The notes under the pieces are model-generated. The model was not told the DNA's origin. It searched no databases and worked only from the letters and a program-made list of their open reading frames with translations. A stretch of DNA of 64,000 bases from Callorhinchus milii (Eukaryota), in contig NW_024704742.1 in the NCBI RefSeq assembly GCF_018977255.1, positions 44,270,001 to 44,334,000 of the forward strand. Direction: 5' to 3'. The position numbers and the translations under genes were made by a program. This document shows, in pieces, positions 14,390-29,139 of this stretch. Position 1 is the first letter of the stretch. Every line of letters begins with the position of its first letter.

Positions 14390-14680
14390 CTTCCGACCTG
14401 CTTCCTCCCCACTCCACTACCCACCTCGCTCGGCTGGCTCTGACCTCTTGTATGTACTCTACCATCAGCGGCTATGCTTTCAGCCACTGTGCCCTAAACC
14501 TGTGGAACTCTCCCTCAATCCATCCTCCTTCCCTGTCTTCAGATCACACCTGAAGAACGTCCTCTTCAACCACGCCTACGGTCACCTCTAACCGATTTTG
14601 TGTCAAGCTCTGCCACGGTTAAGAGCTCTGAGACACTACCCTGTGGAAGGGAAATATTTAAATACGCGTTGTTGTCGTTG
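14390..14680 (+). mobile_element. L2 3' fragment
   Basis: FRSHLKNVLFNHAYGHL; GTTGTTG tail. Confidence 0.8.
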
Positions 14681-15699
14681 AGTTAATTGTGATGGAGCCT
14701 AATTCTTCCCTGACGTGGCATTAGATTAGGCCAACCTAATCTCTGAATTTCATCACTGGATCTTGTCTCATCATTGCTGCCAACAACAACTGCTGACTTC
14801 ACCCATGTAACAACATTCACTTCATTATATTTTGTAAACTAGTTTAACAAGAAAAGTACTAGGTAAATCTACAAATGTAAATTGTTGCTGAGTTTAGCAA
14901 CACAGATCTGCATCATTAATAATACTTATAGTAATTCTTGCATTTGTTATAGCATCTTTCAGGTCGGGAAATTATCTTAAAGTGCTTCACGAGATTTGTG
15001 TAAAATAACAGGATTTGCTCTATTTTGTGAGCAAATAGGCAACCGCATGGCACTTAGCAATTTTTCACAAACGGTCATGAAATGAATTAGCAATATTTTG
15101 CCTGTGAGATTGCTGGGAGAAACTCCCTTATCATTTCCAAGGAAGCCACAGGTTCATTTACATTCAACTGAACAGGCAGAAATGACCTTCATTTAACACC
15201 TCATCAAACGCAAGGCACTTCCAACAATGCAGCGTTTCTTATAGCACTGAACTGGCATGTCAGCCTAGACTGTGAGTTCTGACGGGCTTGAACATCATCT
15301 CTAATGTAATCTTAAAGATGGAGTTGCACATAACTGAAATCTACTTCATTAGTTGAGAGCTAATAAAAAGAGTAAGGCTAAAACAATAATAAAACAAATT
15401 CTGTAGTGCTCTTGTTATTTTATTTATAAATTCCGATAAAATACTGCAAAAGATTCGCAGTTATAAAGTGTGATGACATTTTTCTCAAAGCTAGATCTGC
15501 TGAGATATTGAATTTTATCGTTTGAAATTGTGAATGATAGCTTCATTAGCAATGGGAAAAGGTACGCGGTCTCTTCGTGTCATCAGCTTTTGCCAATGTG
15601 CTTTAAAACCAAAACAAGTGATTTCTTGCCTCTATGTCTATCTTGTAAGTGTAATGGGTACATATTCAGCGACTGGCGGACATGCTTCTACAGGAATTA

Positions 15700-15732
15700 G
15701 GCTCCATCTGCTGGTCAGTCTTTACACTGCAA
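15700..15732 (-). promoter_or_regulatory. candidate CTCF site with upstream module
   Basis: Minus strand TGCAG-N12-CCAGCAGATGGAGC. Confidence 0.55.
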
Positions 15733-16480
15733 CCTAGGAACGTAAGAACACCTATGTTTAAAATGCTATAGGCCCATCTGTCCCACTATTTCCATTGAGC
15801 ACAATAATAAGGTACTTAGTTGGTTATGAAACCTTATAACATCAGTGGTCAGTGTGCGTTTAACCTCCTGAGAAAAAGTTCTGCATTGTCTGATTCTAAC
15901 ATTTCTTTCATCAAGCTAAAGTAGAGAATATTCATTCATCCCCACACCTCCCCTATTCAATTCTGGGCAGCTGACCTCCAAACACTTCTCTTATCTCCCC
16001 CTAAACACACATGCCACACACCACTCATACAGCCCAGGAACTATTAGGCCCTATTGTTTATTTTTGTTGACCCCATCTCCAATCTCATTCCAAAATAGAT
16101 ATTTATTTACTCAATTCCTTATTGAATAATAAGGATAGTTGGCAGCTTCAATAATCTTTTGTGGGAATCCACTCCATCATGGGAATTTTATATTAAAAAA
16201 AATCTTTTGGCATGTTTGGCCATTGTTAATTTTCAGCCTATTACTTTTAATTCTACACTTGCAGTCAGTCAGATAGCTTGCTTCTGTCTATGTCAATTAT
16301 GCTTGTTGGTAGTTTGAAGTCCGGACCTGCATCATTATCACATTTGTACTATTGTCAACAGTTTATAAACCTTTATCAAAACTTGTTTTTAAATTTACAT
16401 AAAAGGTCAATGTTTGCTAGCATCTGAAAATTGTTTGAATTTTATGCATTTTATAGAGTGAATTGTTTTGATCAGATATT

Positions 16481-16827
16481 TAATAATAATAATCCTTGCA
16501 TTTGATATAGTGCCTCATCGTGTCTTCGAGGTACTTCACAGAATATACTGTAAAGTGAATTGACTGTATATTTTTTATGGGTGAAATGTGGCAGCCAATT
16601 GCGCACAGCAGTGTCACACAAACAGAGACCAATTTATTATTATTTTTTTGGAAGGAATTATTACCCCTGGAAAAGCGATCCGCTAATCTACTAACAACCT
16701 ACTTATTGCTAGGTAAACTGAGGCGTGTGGAGTAAGGAAACTTGCCCAACATTTCGCCCTGCCAGGAATCGAACCCAGGTCTCTCGTTTGCGAGGCGAGT
16801 GCTCTAACCACTGAGCTACAGGACTCC
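16481..16827 (-). mobile_element. full-length tRNA-derived SINE (family A)
   Basis: Head with A box TAGCTCAGTGG and B box GGTTCGATTCC; body GGGCAAGTTTCCTTACTCCACACGCCTC; tail CTATATCAAATGCAAGG(ATT)n. Confidence 0.93.
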
Positions 16828-17847
16828 ATGTTTAATAATAAAAAATGGCAAAATTCTTAAATATTTGGCAAAAATGCTAAATATTGTAGTATGGCAAAAA
16901 AGCAGGGTGGCTGTCTTGGTGAAGATTGTGAATATGAAACCGAATGGAGACAAGAGGAAGAAACATATCCTCATTACCCTCAGAAAAAAATATTGTGAGA
17001 GAGACAAGAGCATAATTTTTGGCAGGTTATGCAGAACTCAATCACTGCATCGAGATGTAGATGAAAGTGGACAGAAGCAGACTGTTTTCGGACCTGAGAA
17101 ATCCACTCTACTGTAATCCATTTAGAAATTTAGACTAAAATGTTGCCCATCCACTTTTACTTTACAACTGTTGATTGACATCTACATTCTAGTACCTTCG
17201 CCTGGGTAAATGCATCTGATCTGTGCTGGTAGAAATAAATGGGAATGATGGCTGGAAAACATGGAAGAGTGGGAATGCTCAAGGGAATTCAGCCCTTCTT
17301 GTCTGTGTTCTACAAGTCTATGCACATGCAGTGATGGAATATTATTCAAATATTGCTTACAAATTGCTAGAGAAAATTAATCTCTTGCTCCTGTATTTGG
17401 TGCAGGCTAAAACTACTAGGTTTGGTGATGGAGATGAGAATGTCCAAACTCATGCCAGAGCCTATACTCTCTCTATAATATCAAAGATGAGCTCAAAAAT
17501 CCTATGCAAAATTATTATTATAGCGGAGGACGGACAATATACTCCTTGAGCCATTCGAGTAACTGTAGAGAGTCATAATTTATAACTGAGAACAATTTAA
17601 CAATGGATTTATCGAATAAAAACTTATCCAAGTACAGGGAATTCTTATTAATTTGAGACTTTCATAAAGAAACTGGATAGATTCCCAGTTGGCCAGGAAA
17701 CGGAGAAATACGAGTTTGACATTGATTAAAGTAAGATGCGATTGGGTCCAGAATATAGAGCTAACTGATGTGAATGGCTGAATAGCCTCTAGTTGTTTTG
17801 TTGCTATGGTACATTTTTTCATGAAGGTTTTCTCCTCTTGCCTGCAG

Positions 17848-17959
17848 TACACAACTGGACAGTAGACGAAACGGTGAACTGGTTAATCTACTTCGTAGAG
17901 CTGCCACAGTATGCCAAGAATTTCCAGGAAAGCAATATCCGAGGAGTTGGCTTGCCCAG
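17848..17959 (+). CDS. STIM2: STIM coding exon (SAM N-half): VHNWTVDETVNWLIYFVELPQYAKNFQESNIRGVGLPR
   Basis: cctgcag acceptor, AG|gttagt donor, 112 nt, phase-compatible; NWT glycosylation sequon. Confidence 0.96.
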
Positions 17960-18243
17960 GTTAGTGATAACAAATGGGTCACTTGTTGCCATTTCCTGCA
18001 AATTAATACTCTAAATGGCAATGTTCTTGAAGCTGAAAAAAATAACATGGAGTCATTTGCAGCAACCAGTTAATTCCACAAGATTATGCCAATGTTTATA
18101 TGAAGAAAATCAATATATGACCGGTATTTTCTTTAGCACCTGATGTCTTTTTCATTGTGTCAGCCTGGATCAGTTGATAGAACTCTCACCTCTGAGTTAG
18201 AAGACTGTAGGTTGAAGCCACATTTACAGATTCAACATTTTTA

Positions 18244-18600
18244 GAGTCCTGTAGAGTATTGGTTAGAGCACTCGCCTCGCAAGTGAGAGGACCCAGGTTC
18301 AATTTCCAGGTGGGACGAAACCTTAAGCAAGTTTCCTTACTCCACACACCTGTTTATCGAGCAAGTAAGAACCCGGTTGTTGGTCGATTGTTGGATCGCT
18401 CAACAGGGGTAATAATCCCTTCCGCCCCAAAAAGCAAAAAAAATGGACTCACTTCACGTCTGTTTGTGGGACACTACTGTATGCAATTATCTGCTGCGTT
18501 TCGCCGACAAAATCCACTTTACAATATATTCTGTGAAGCGCTTTGAGATGTTTTAATAATAATATATTATTAATGACGTGATAAGGCAAGGGTTATTATA
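18244..18600 (+). mobile_element. SINE family A, directly downstream of a Deu-SINE head (~18158-18225)
   Basis: Collinear with other copies. Confidence 0.88.
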
Positions 18601-19214
18601 TATTATATTACTTTGTACTCAATGGCCCTTGCATAAAACCCAGAATCTTGTTTGCCTTTTAATGACTTCTCTACCTGCAATCCCACTTTAACAATCTATG
18701 CATTTGTATCCCAAATCCCTCTGTTCCTCCACATCATTAAGAATCCTACCACCCACGGGATACTATAATTCCACTTCCTGTTTTTTNATCTCAAAATGGA
18801 GCACTTCACATTCTTCAGAAATGTGCAAACCTCTCAGTATCTCCCCATAGCTTCCTAAGCTCTTTGTTATTGTTAACAACATCTCCTAATTAAGTATCAC
18901 TCGCTACGAAATTTGCCAATCTTGGCGATTTGAGCTTTTAATGGGGTCTGATAGAAGATGTCGTAAACACAATACGTAATGATCCGTAACAATAACTGAA
19001 TATGTAGATATAGGAACCTGCTGTACTGCAGTCTGGTCTGACGTGAATCAGCTGACGTTTTCTAGGAATTCTATTATTTTTTAAAGGCAGTTTTTGATGT
19101 CGGGGGCTTAGATTACAAGTGCAGACAGAAAACCTTGCCATTCTTGATGTTTACAGCCAGGCAATTTAATTGAACTGATCAATGATCTCATTGCTGTGCT
19201 TATTCCCTTCATTC

Positions 19215-19703
<489 letters not shown>

Positions 19704-20381
19704 TAGTATAAGCTTTGGCTGCTTGTTATTTCCAGCATAAAGTTCTTGCTTATAATTTTGCAATTAAGCATTTGGCTTCTTTGACATCTCTGGTTGGCAG
19801 TATGCTTAGATCCACGTTTGTTACCAGATACCTAAAATTTCTCATTATCTTAGCATTGAGGCCATTTAAGTTTTAAAATCATGCAGAATTTTGCAATATC
19901 CTCAAATTCAGCCTTAATTTTGAAGCTGCTTTTTCCACCGTTCTTGAAATGACCAGATTCAAAGTAAGACTGAATGTTTTCAAAATTCTGCACGATCTTA
20001 AATTTTGGTCATTAAAAAGAAAAAACAGCTCAGCGCAATGTTGTGGGATTAATCCTAGAATTTATATCTACAATTTGAAAAACACGGCAAGCTGTCTAGA
20101 CTTTAGGTGTAACATCATAACATGACTCTTCTCTTCTATTCATCCCCAGCCCATAAGAAAATTAAAGACAGACTTTAAAATGATTACAAAAATCTTACAT
20201 TTAATTTTAAGACAATAGTCTCAAGACTTCAGGCTGCAGATGCTGAACATCTATAGAACCGAGGTGCTTGCGAGAAAGTCTGGTTACCTGTGTAGGAGTT
20301 TTGCTGTCACCGCTCTTACCTTGATCACAATTTGATTATGACGCAAAAAGGCACCGTTCTGACTGTCAGGATAAGTGTTTA

Positions 20382-20398
20382 GCCATTAGGTGGCACTG
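20382..20398 (+). promoter_or_regulatory. candidate CTCF site
   Basis: GCCATTAGGTGGCACTG vs consensus CCASYAGRKGGCRS. Confidence 0.45.
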
Positions 20399-22102
20399 TT
20401 GTAACACGGTTAATAATACTATTGCATTACTTGAACCCTTGTGAGTGAATATATCAGAGGTTTATATGAAGAAGACTCTTGAGTTAATTTGATCTCATCC
20501 TTTTAGAACACCAATCCTACTGTGTTCTCATTACAGTACTGATGTGTTTCTTAAACTAATTCAATGTCCAAGCCACAAACATCCTTTCCTCTCAGCATGT
20601 TCTAGATATTGGTTCCTCTGTAAATAATTATTTCCTGATGTCTGACCTAAAGGTTGCTAGAATCTGTGCCTTCTTATCTTGTACTTTGAATACCAAAGTA
20701 TTGTCGTAGCTTACAAACTCTCTCATACTGAATCTTGTGCACCTCTGCAATTGTGCCATTAACACACAAGGCAACTTTCTATCTCCCTGGTTTGTTATAA
20801 TTGTTTTTGCTATAATTGGTAACGATTTCAACTGATGGAACTATTCAGAAAATGCACAATACCGAGAAATGAAAACCAATAAACCTATAATTTGTACAAA
20901 TGATGCTGTCGTTCGTGAGATTTCAGAAAGACCATAGTTTTATTGTTACGGCATATTCAAGTTACAATTATCATGTTATTTTCTGCAAAATGATTGAAAA
21001 TCATTCCCATTTTACTTACTAAGTAAATTGTCAGGGCTGCACCCTCTCGTTCATATTCATAAAAGTAACGAGCTCCAGTAAAAATTGCTAGAAACTCAGA
21101 CATTATTGAAGATGGATTTGTTTAAAACAATAAAACAGGATTATGCCTCATTACAGTTCTGTCAATGGGATGTGATGAATTGATTGTGCGTGTCTGATTC
21201 CTTACTGCTGTAAACAATAGAGATTAATAAATCTTTCTGTTTTGATCAGGATGGCATAAATCGCAAACCATAAATTGCAATGGTGCTAATTCTGCTACCA
21301 CTATCTTTTCAGTTATAATTGGATCAACAGCAATTATTGGACCAAACTTTTCTGTTTATCTATAGCTAAACATTGCAGTCTGACGAGAAAATGCCAGTTG
21401 AATCACTAGCTAAGAGACACACTAATACATACTTTATGTTGCACCTAATTATGTGGCTCAAAAACTAATGTGTTTGAAAAGATCATAGAAATTTCAGCGC
21501 AGAAATTCTTTAACCAGTCATGCCTCGCTATGCTAGCTCCCACTGGAGCTATATACTCCCAATACAATTTTCCTGCTCTGCCTCCATACATTTTATATTT
21601 TGATGCTTCACTGTTTATCTAATTTCCTTTTAAATTATGTCACTGATTGGCTTCAGTACCTACTGGTGATGACGTGCTCAAAATGCTAATAAACCCTTAA
21701 TATCACAAATTCTTTCTGTCAATTATCCTTCAATAAATGGGGCTCTATAATGTTTTACATGTAAATGTAGCTGCATAGCTAGGTGTCAGCTTAGCTCAGT
21801 TGGTAGCACTTTAGCCTTTTGAGTTAGAAGGCTGTGGGTTCAAGCCACGTGTTGTGACTGATGCTCGCTCAGATAAAATTGGTCACTCATTTCATAGCTG
21901 TTTGCAGAATGTTATTCCACTGAATACTGAATTTGTATTTTCTAAATAAATTAAATTTTGTATGACAGCAATGTTGTAAGCTGCTTCTCCATAATGCTTC
22001 CTGACAAATCCCTCAGGATGTTAGAAATTGCATGTAAATCTGTAGTAAGAGTTTGAACAGTGAATTCAAAAGCAGAAGAAACACAACAAAATTATATTTT
22101 AG

Positions 22103-22321
<219 letters not shown>

Positions 22322-22880
22322 TAAGATCGAAAAGGATGGATCAACAAAATCCAAACCAACTTTTCAGGATTCCCTTATAAACTTAAAAATGCAATTCATT
22401 TGGTATATCAATTTTCTTTTTTTTGCCAAACACAAATGTTGACAAATACTACAATATTTAACTATTAGGCGCTATATCAAAATAAAAGATTATTATTTGT
22501 ATTATTATAATGGATCTGTAGTTGCCCGATATAATTCTGACAACTTTTTTGAACATAGGATTCTTCTGGTGTATATTTTCAGAGGTGATTAACTCTCTCA
22601 TAATGTCAATGCCTTGACTTTCTAAGTACCCAGCAATGCAGCCCATCTATTTCTGGACATTTGTTTTTTCTTTTAAAAATATCAATGAATTGCACCTTAA
22701 TGTTGAATATCAATGTTATTCCAACCATTTGCCAAGCCTATTGTATGGCAGTGTCAAAGATTGTAACAAATGAGCAGAGCTGACTCTGCTTAGCTTGGCA
22801 CAGGTTTGTGGCCTTGAATCACAACTAGAACGACTGTGGTGTGGACTACATTGAACTGAAATGCAATTTATCCATTGTAA

Positions 22881-23117
<237 letters not shown>

Positions 23118-23239
23118 TAAATAATGCTGTTAAGTATCAGATCTCACAATACTTCAAAACCACATGAGTTGAGCTGACTGAAAAGATTTGAATATATATG
23201 AGTTTATTTAGTAAAGGCAGTCAATAACTAATTAAGTCA

Positions 23240-25200
23240 TAAAGAGATATGGATAAAGAAGGCTGTTTGACCTTTTTGATCTCAGCCTTTCAGAATACCC
23301 ATCCTACCAGCAACAACCAGCAATTTCTTAAACAAGTCCACGATTCTGGCCTCAACAGCCCTTCCTGCTAACCCATCCAGTCATTAATTATCCATTAGAT
23401 AAAGAAATACTCCTGTGTTTTTTTTCCAGAAACTGTCCTTTGCTACTCCTGTGCCTATTCTTCTGCTGTCTTTGGTATATTTGAAAGTATTGTTCTGAGT
23501 TTACTCTCTCAATTTGATATAAAAATCTTATATGCCTCTATAAAGTCCCCTCCGATATGATTCTTTTCAAAGCTGAAAAGCCCTCACTTGTTTAATCATT
23601 GCACCTAACTCATTGCTCGAACTTTGCACAGCCTCTAGGCCCTGGGCAGTGTCCTTTTGTCATGATTACTTGAACTGTACATAACATTGCAAGTGTGGCC
23701 TAATCCAAGCACTGCACAGCTCGAGAACAACTTCTGGGGATCTCAGCTCAACCGATTTGTCAATGTAGTCCTGCATTCTATTTGCCTTATTTCTTGCTGC
23801 TTCACACTATTTTGACATGGTGATTGATGAGTCAACTTACATCCTTAATTTATAACCCTTGGGTTTCTTTCATCTTCCCTCTTTGCAAGTTTTATCCCAT
23901 CAGTGGAGGATGTGTGCCTCCTATTTTTCCTTCCTATATGTAGCTCTTTGCATTTATCTGTATTGAACCTCATTTGCCAGACATCAATCTATGTGCATGC
24001 CCCACTAAGCACTTTTTGTAATTTATTTGCTGTCTATTTTGATTCTACAGTTCTACCCAATTTTGTCACCTTCCACTGAGTCTGTGTATCCAGGTCACTA
24101 ATGCATTATAAGGAAGAAAACGGTTCCCAGTATGGTGCTTTGAGGCACCTCAATTAATATGCCCACGCCCCCCTATTTTGACCTAGCTCCCCTAAAATCC
24201 CCGGGCTCATGGATCCCAAAGTCAATTTAGGTGTCACTTCCTTAAAAAGCCTATGAAGTTGGTCAACCACCCCTGGCTATCATTAGGCTTTTTATACAAG
24301 TAATCTTCCATTTCTAATGATTGACTCCATTTGTTCTTTATTTATGGAGGTCAGACTAATAATCTCTTCAAAGAAAAAATAAATAAATATTTGGTCACTC
24401 ACTCCATGACAGTTCATGGGACACTGCTGTGTGCAATTGGCTGCTGCGTTTCGCCCACAAATTCACTTTACAGCATATTCTGTGAGCGCTTTGAGATGTT
24501 TCAACGATGTGATAAGGCATTATATCAACTGCAAGGATTATTATTTTTATTATTATAATGTATTTGTAGTTGCCAGATATGGTTCTGACACCTTTCTTGA
24601 ATATAGGATGCTTTCTGGCAATATGAACCTAATCAGTGGTGATTAACTCTCTCATTGAACATATTCAAGACTGAGATAGTTATATTTCTTATTGCAAAAG
24701 GGATTAAGGGATATGGGGATAAGGCAAGGTTATGGTATTAGTTAGATTAGCAGATCAGCCATGATTGAATAGCGGGCAGGCTCGAAGGGCCGAATGGCCT
24801 ACCGCCGCTCCTACATGTTATGTTATATGTTATAGTGCTTGTTTCGTGCTTTGCAAATCTCCTGCCTTGTCTTTCCAAGTACCCAGAGGTGCAGTTCATC
24901 TATCCCCAGGCATTTGTTGGTTTTCAGCCCAATGAGCCTATTAGCACATCAGTCCCATTTTGTCAAAATCCTGGAGTTCAAGTAATGTTTGCTGGATATT
25001 GGGCACAGATTATTGATGTAAAAACCTCAGGAAGTAGTTGTTCAATATGTGTGTTATCTCCTATTCATTCCGTTTTATTAGTCTTCCTTGACTATCCTCT
25101 TACTGCTGTAATATTGGAAGATATTTTTGGCTTTGTGTTATTATGCATGTGTTCCTCTTTCTAGTGCTCTCTTGGCTCCCGGAATCTCTCTCTTTGTTTT
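23240..25200 (-). mobile_element. decayed CR1-clade LINE ORF2/RT remnant with nested SINE (~24350-24555) and nested CR1 tail (~24657-24830 +)
   Basis: Minus-strand VPQSTILG at 24126-24149; CR1-type 3' end near 23240-23420. Confidence 0.7.
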
Positions 25201-26084
25201 TACTTCTTTCTGATTGCCCTCACTCCATAAAAGCTTTGTAAGATTTCCTTTTTTGGGCTAAGATGCTTTGCCATGTAGTGTTTGAAATGGGTATCGTGTC
25301 TGTCAGCAAAAGTGGACCCTACGCTTAACAGTATATGTTTTAAAGCACTCTAAGACATTATGATGGAAACAGGTGCCTTAAAAATATATATTCTTTCTTC
25401 GAATGACATGTATGGTGCTTTGCTTTGCAAATGAGGTTATGTTAAAAGTTAACTTATGTTTACTCAGCGTTTAAAAGGGAAACTCAACTCTTTATAAAAT
25501 AAAAATTCAGCAAACACCCAAACTACAAACTTATTATCTTCCAAAATAGGTAATATTTCAATAGAACTTTATTTTCAGGCAACATTGGCTGAATCAGATA
25601 TCACCCAACGAGTCAGGCAGGTTACTGTTTACTTGGCAGAAAATAGACAATTTCTTTCCATCACTGAACTTTTCTGCTTTGCAAGAATATATACTATACT
25701 CAACAATTTGCTCGTGATTTGAATTTTTCACCTGGTGCTCTGAATTGTGCACTATTTCATAATGTTGCATCTACCCATTGCCCCCAGAGTGTAGACTCGC
25801 TTTGCTTACTATATGTTTGCACACTGACTTAATTCTGAACATGTTTTCCAGTAATAATAGTCCTAAATAGGACACATTATACAAAGTACGTATTGCAGCA
25901 GTATTTAGCAACCCAGCACTCTAGATAATGTAGGCCACTTGGGACCACTTTTACTGTGGAAGTAGGTTCACAATTAATTCTCCAGGCAGTGAAAAAGAAG
26001 GTAAAAATGTTGACACTCATAGATATAAATGACAAAGCTGTAAGGTGGCTTTTTCTGAAATGCCACTACATGCCGTTCTAAATT

Positions 26085-26345
26085 CAATACCGATCATAAG
26101 AGAAAGTCAGATGAAGAAGGCTCTTCAATCCATTCGCTTTCATCTTTCCAGAACACCAATTATGTTTCCCAATTACTTTGATTAAGCTGTTTCTTAAATG
26201 GGTCCAGTGACCTGTTTTTACCATTCTTCCTGGTAACCTGTTCCAGCCATTAATTACCCTTTGTATAAAAGAATACTTCCTGATGTTTGTCCTAAAACTA
26301 CCATCCACAACCCCGAACTTGTGTGATCTTGTCTTATCAGTTTAG
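26085..26345 (-). mobile_element. CR1 3' fragment
   Basis: FRTNIRKYSFIQRVINGWNRLPG, typical CR1 ORF2 C-terminus. Confidence 0.85.
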
Positions 26346-26353
26346 ATTGTGTG

Positions 26354-26790
26354 ACGGCCTGGTACATTGGTGGCACTCTCACCTCTGAGTCAGAAGGTTG
26401 TGGGTTCAAGCCCCACTTCAGGAATCACATAGTATAAGCTGACACTCTGGTGCAATGCTGAGGGTGTGCTGCATTGCTGGAGGTGCTATCCTGTATATGA
26501 GACATTAAACCAAGATCCAGTCAATCCTGTTCAGGTGGACATTAAAGATTCCATGGCACAATTCGGAAAAAGAAGGGAATTTCTCCCGGTGTCCAGGCCA
26601 ACAAATTCCCCAAATAAAATTGATCACTCACTCCATGGCGGTTTGTGGGACATTGCTGTGCACAAAACTGGCTTCCACGTTTTGTTAGACAAAATACAGT
26701 CTATCCACTTTACAGTATATCCTGTGAAGCACTTTGAGACGTCTCAACGATGTGATAAGGCGCTATGTCAAATGCAAGGATTATTATTTA
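26354..26790 (+). mobile_element. near full-length Deu-domain-like SINE (family B)
   Basis: tRNA head (CTCTGAGTCAGAAGGTTGTGGGTTCAAGCCCC); Deu-like core (GCTGCATTG..GAGGTGC..GAGACATTAAAC..CAGGTGGACATTAAAGATTCCATGGCAC..CTCCCGGTGTCC); tail shared with family A. Family assignment is from recall of DeuSINE consensus. Confidence 0.8.
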
Positions 26791-27675
26791 TCTGAAGGTA
26801 ACAGTTTGGTTTCTCGCTCTGTAAATCACACCTTATTCTTATGCGTCCCAGGTATGTGTCATGTTTTCTTCAGTCTCTGTGACACATAGCTGTGAAGAAT
26901 TGATAATGCTGAAAGAGTAGACTCAATTATAAATCACTATCGGGAAAATAGGTCAATTGATCACTTTTCTCAGTGATGAGAGAGTTAATTCATGATCAGG
27001 TCGTCAAATGTAGATGATTTTAAATGGGAAGCTCTTTGGCAGTGCATTGCCACTCCACTTAGATTTATTAATTAATTGTGAACTGAGGAGCCAGGGGCAT
27101 TCTCTTCACAATAAAATTGGTGGCTTAGAGAATGTTATTTGTTTCCATTTACTATACTGATATAATGCTTCTTGCCCCATTATTAGCTGAAGTGACGAGC
27201 AGTAACATCTTGCCTAAATATAGGAGTTGTTGCTTCCCCTATGGATTAGAGTGGGTTGGGGGTTATACCGTTCTGTGTACTCTAGATATACCATTAATCT
27301 CTTATACTCTGTCCGGTGCTTTCTAAAAGTTTGTCCCTGTGCACTTGTAAATAATGCAAATGCAATTTAATTTTGTACATTTAATTTCATGCCATTTATA
27401 TTCTTAAATTGCATTGGAGTCATCTATAAATGCACAAGGAATAAATTTGCAAAGCTTGGTAAATAGAGAAAAGCATTTTTGACCACATCAATGAAGACAC
27501 TTGCGTGGAGAATGGCCCACATGGTGTCATGAAGCAAATAGTACCTGTAAATCTACAGAAGGGTTCAAAGGGGAATTCAAGGTTTTAAGCTTGTGTCAAT
27601 TAAAAGGATTCAACAATATTAGATTGAGCAATCGATGGAAGGCCATTCAGTCCATTATGTATGTGCTGGCTCTTT

Positions 27676-28303
27676 AACAACAACAACAAGATTGCATTTA
27701 TAGAGCGCCTTTCACATCGGGAGGACGTCCCAAGGCGCTGAACAGTTGGGTCGGGACCCGAGCAGGGGGGAAATGGTCAGGGTGAGGGGAGGAAAGGGAG
27801 GGAGCGAGGAGAGGGTAGACAGTCGAGAGGAGAGCTGAAGGCACGGCTGAAGAGAAAGGTCTTGAGACCGGCCTTGAAGGAGGAAAGGGAGGAGGCGGCG
27901 AAGGCACTGGGGGATGGAGTTCCAAAGCCTAGGGGCTGAGAGGCTGAAGGCCCGACCACCGATGGTAGGGCGGTTGGGGCGGGGGATGTGGAGCAGACCG
28001 GAGCCAGAGGAACGGAGGGTACGGGCAGGTAGGTAGGGGGATAGTAGGTCGAGAGGTAGGAGGGTGCAAGGCCATGAATGGCCTTGTAGGTGAGGATGAG
28101 GATCCTGAATTTGATCCTCTGGGGGATGGGGAGCCAGTGGAGGCGAGTGAGGGTGGGAGTGATGTGGTCGCGAAGCCTGGTGCGGGACAGTACACGAGCT
28201 GCAGAGTTCTGAATGACCTGCAGCTTGTGAAGGGAGGTGCCGGGAAGACCGACGAGGAGAGACTTCTTGTAGTCCAGCCTTGAGGTGATAAAGGAGTGGA
28301 CCA
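27676..28303 (-). mobile_element. young L2 LINE 3' fragment
   Basis: ORF 27777..28304 ([47 protein letters not shown]); CpG-rich; (TTG)n tail. Confidence 0.93.
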
Positions 28304-28795
28304 ATGTTTCAACAATCTTTCAGTAACATTTGCTTTGAAGCAATTTTGTTGAAAATTCAATGGGTAGACGAGGAGGATCAATGCTCTATTTCTACTCAAA
28401 TTATTACTGCGTAAATCTAGATGGAGAATATAGTGTAATATGCTGCCAGAGGTGTTTTATTCTATCCTGCTTGCTGTGCCTGTCCTTGAGGTTTATGCTG
28501 CTAAGAGGAGACACAAATTTCACAAATACTGATCTACGCTGGACTGTGGAATTGTTAGCAACTGATCTAAAAATGTGTGATTTTCAAAGATCTATCTGTT
28601 CAGGTTTGTTGTGTGATTACAATTTTAGTGGTTTGAATATTGTTTGCAATTAGGAAAATACTTGCCAACTATCTCTGGCAGCTTGATAGTTGTGTAATAG
28701 TTTTTTTCAATATCTCCCAGACCAGAAATAATAAGTGATAAGTTAAAATGTTCATATTGCCTTTTCTGGTTTACTTTTATGGTTATATTGGCCTG

Positions 28796-28980
28796 TTCTG
28801 TAGCTCATTGGTTAGAGCACTCACCTTGCAAGCAATAGGTGGGTTCGAATCCTGGGCAGGGCGAAATGTTGGGCAAGTTTCTTTATGTTTCGCCCACAAA
28901 ATGTACAGTCAATTCACTTTACAGTATATCTTGTGAAGACATGATAAGGTGCTATATGAATGCAAGGGTTATTATTATAA
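28796..28980 (+). mobile_element. SINE family A with large internal deletion
   Basis: Head joins directly to GTTTCGCCCACAAAA tail block. Confidence 0.85.
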
Positions 28981-29139
28981 AACATGAGAAATTACTTGTT
29001 TTTAGCCAAATAAAGACACTTTCATAATTACCAGACTTATTACTATTAGCAGAAATGGGTTCTCATCATGGACTATGATAATCATTCCACATTCCTGTGC
29101 TGCACAACAACCTTTAATTTTTTCTCTTATTCTTGGCAG

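Noticed and set aside
16754..16825. Bona fide tRNA-Ala gene
   Set aside because: Continues directly into SINE body and tail; multiple decayed copies in the window.
18787..18787. Ambiguous base n (another at 43712)
   Set aside because: Assembly uncertainty at homopolymers; non-coding.
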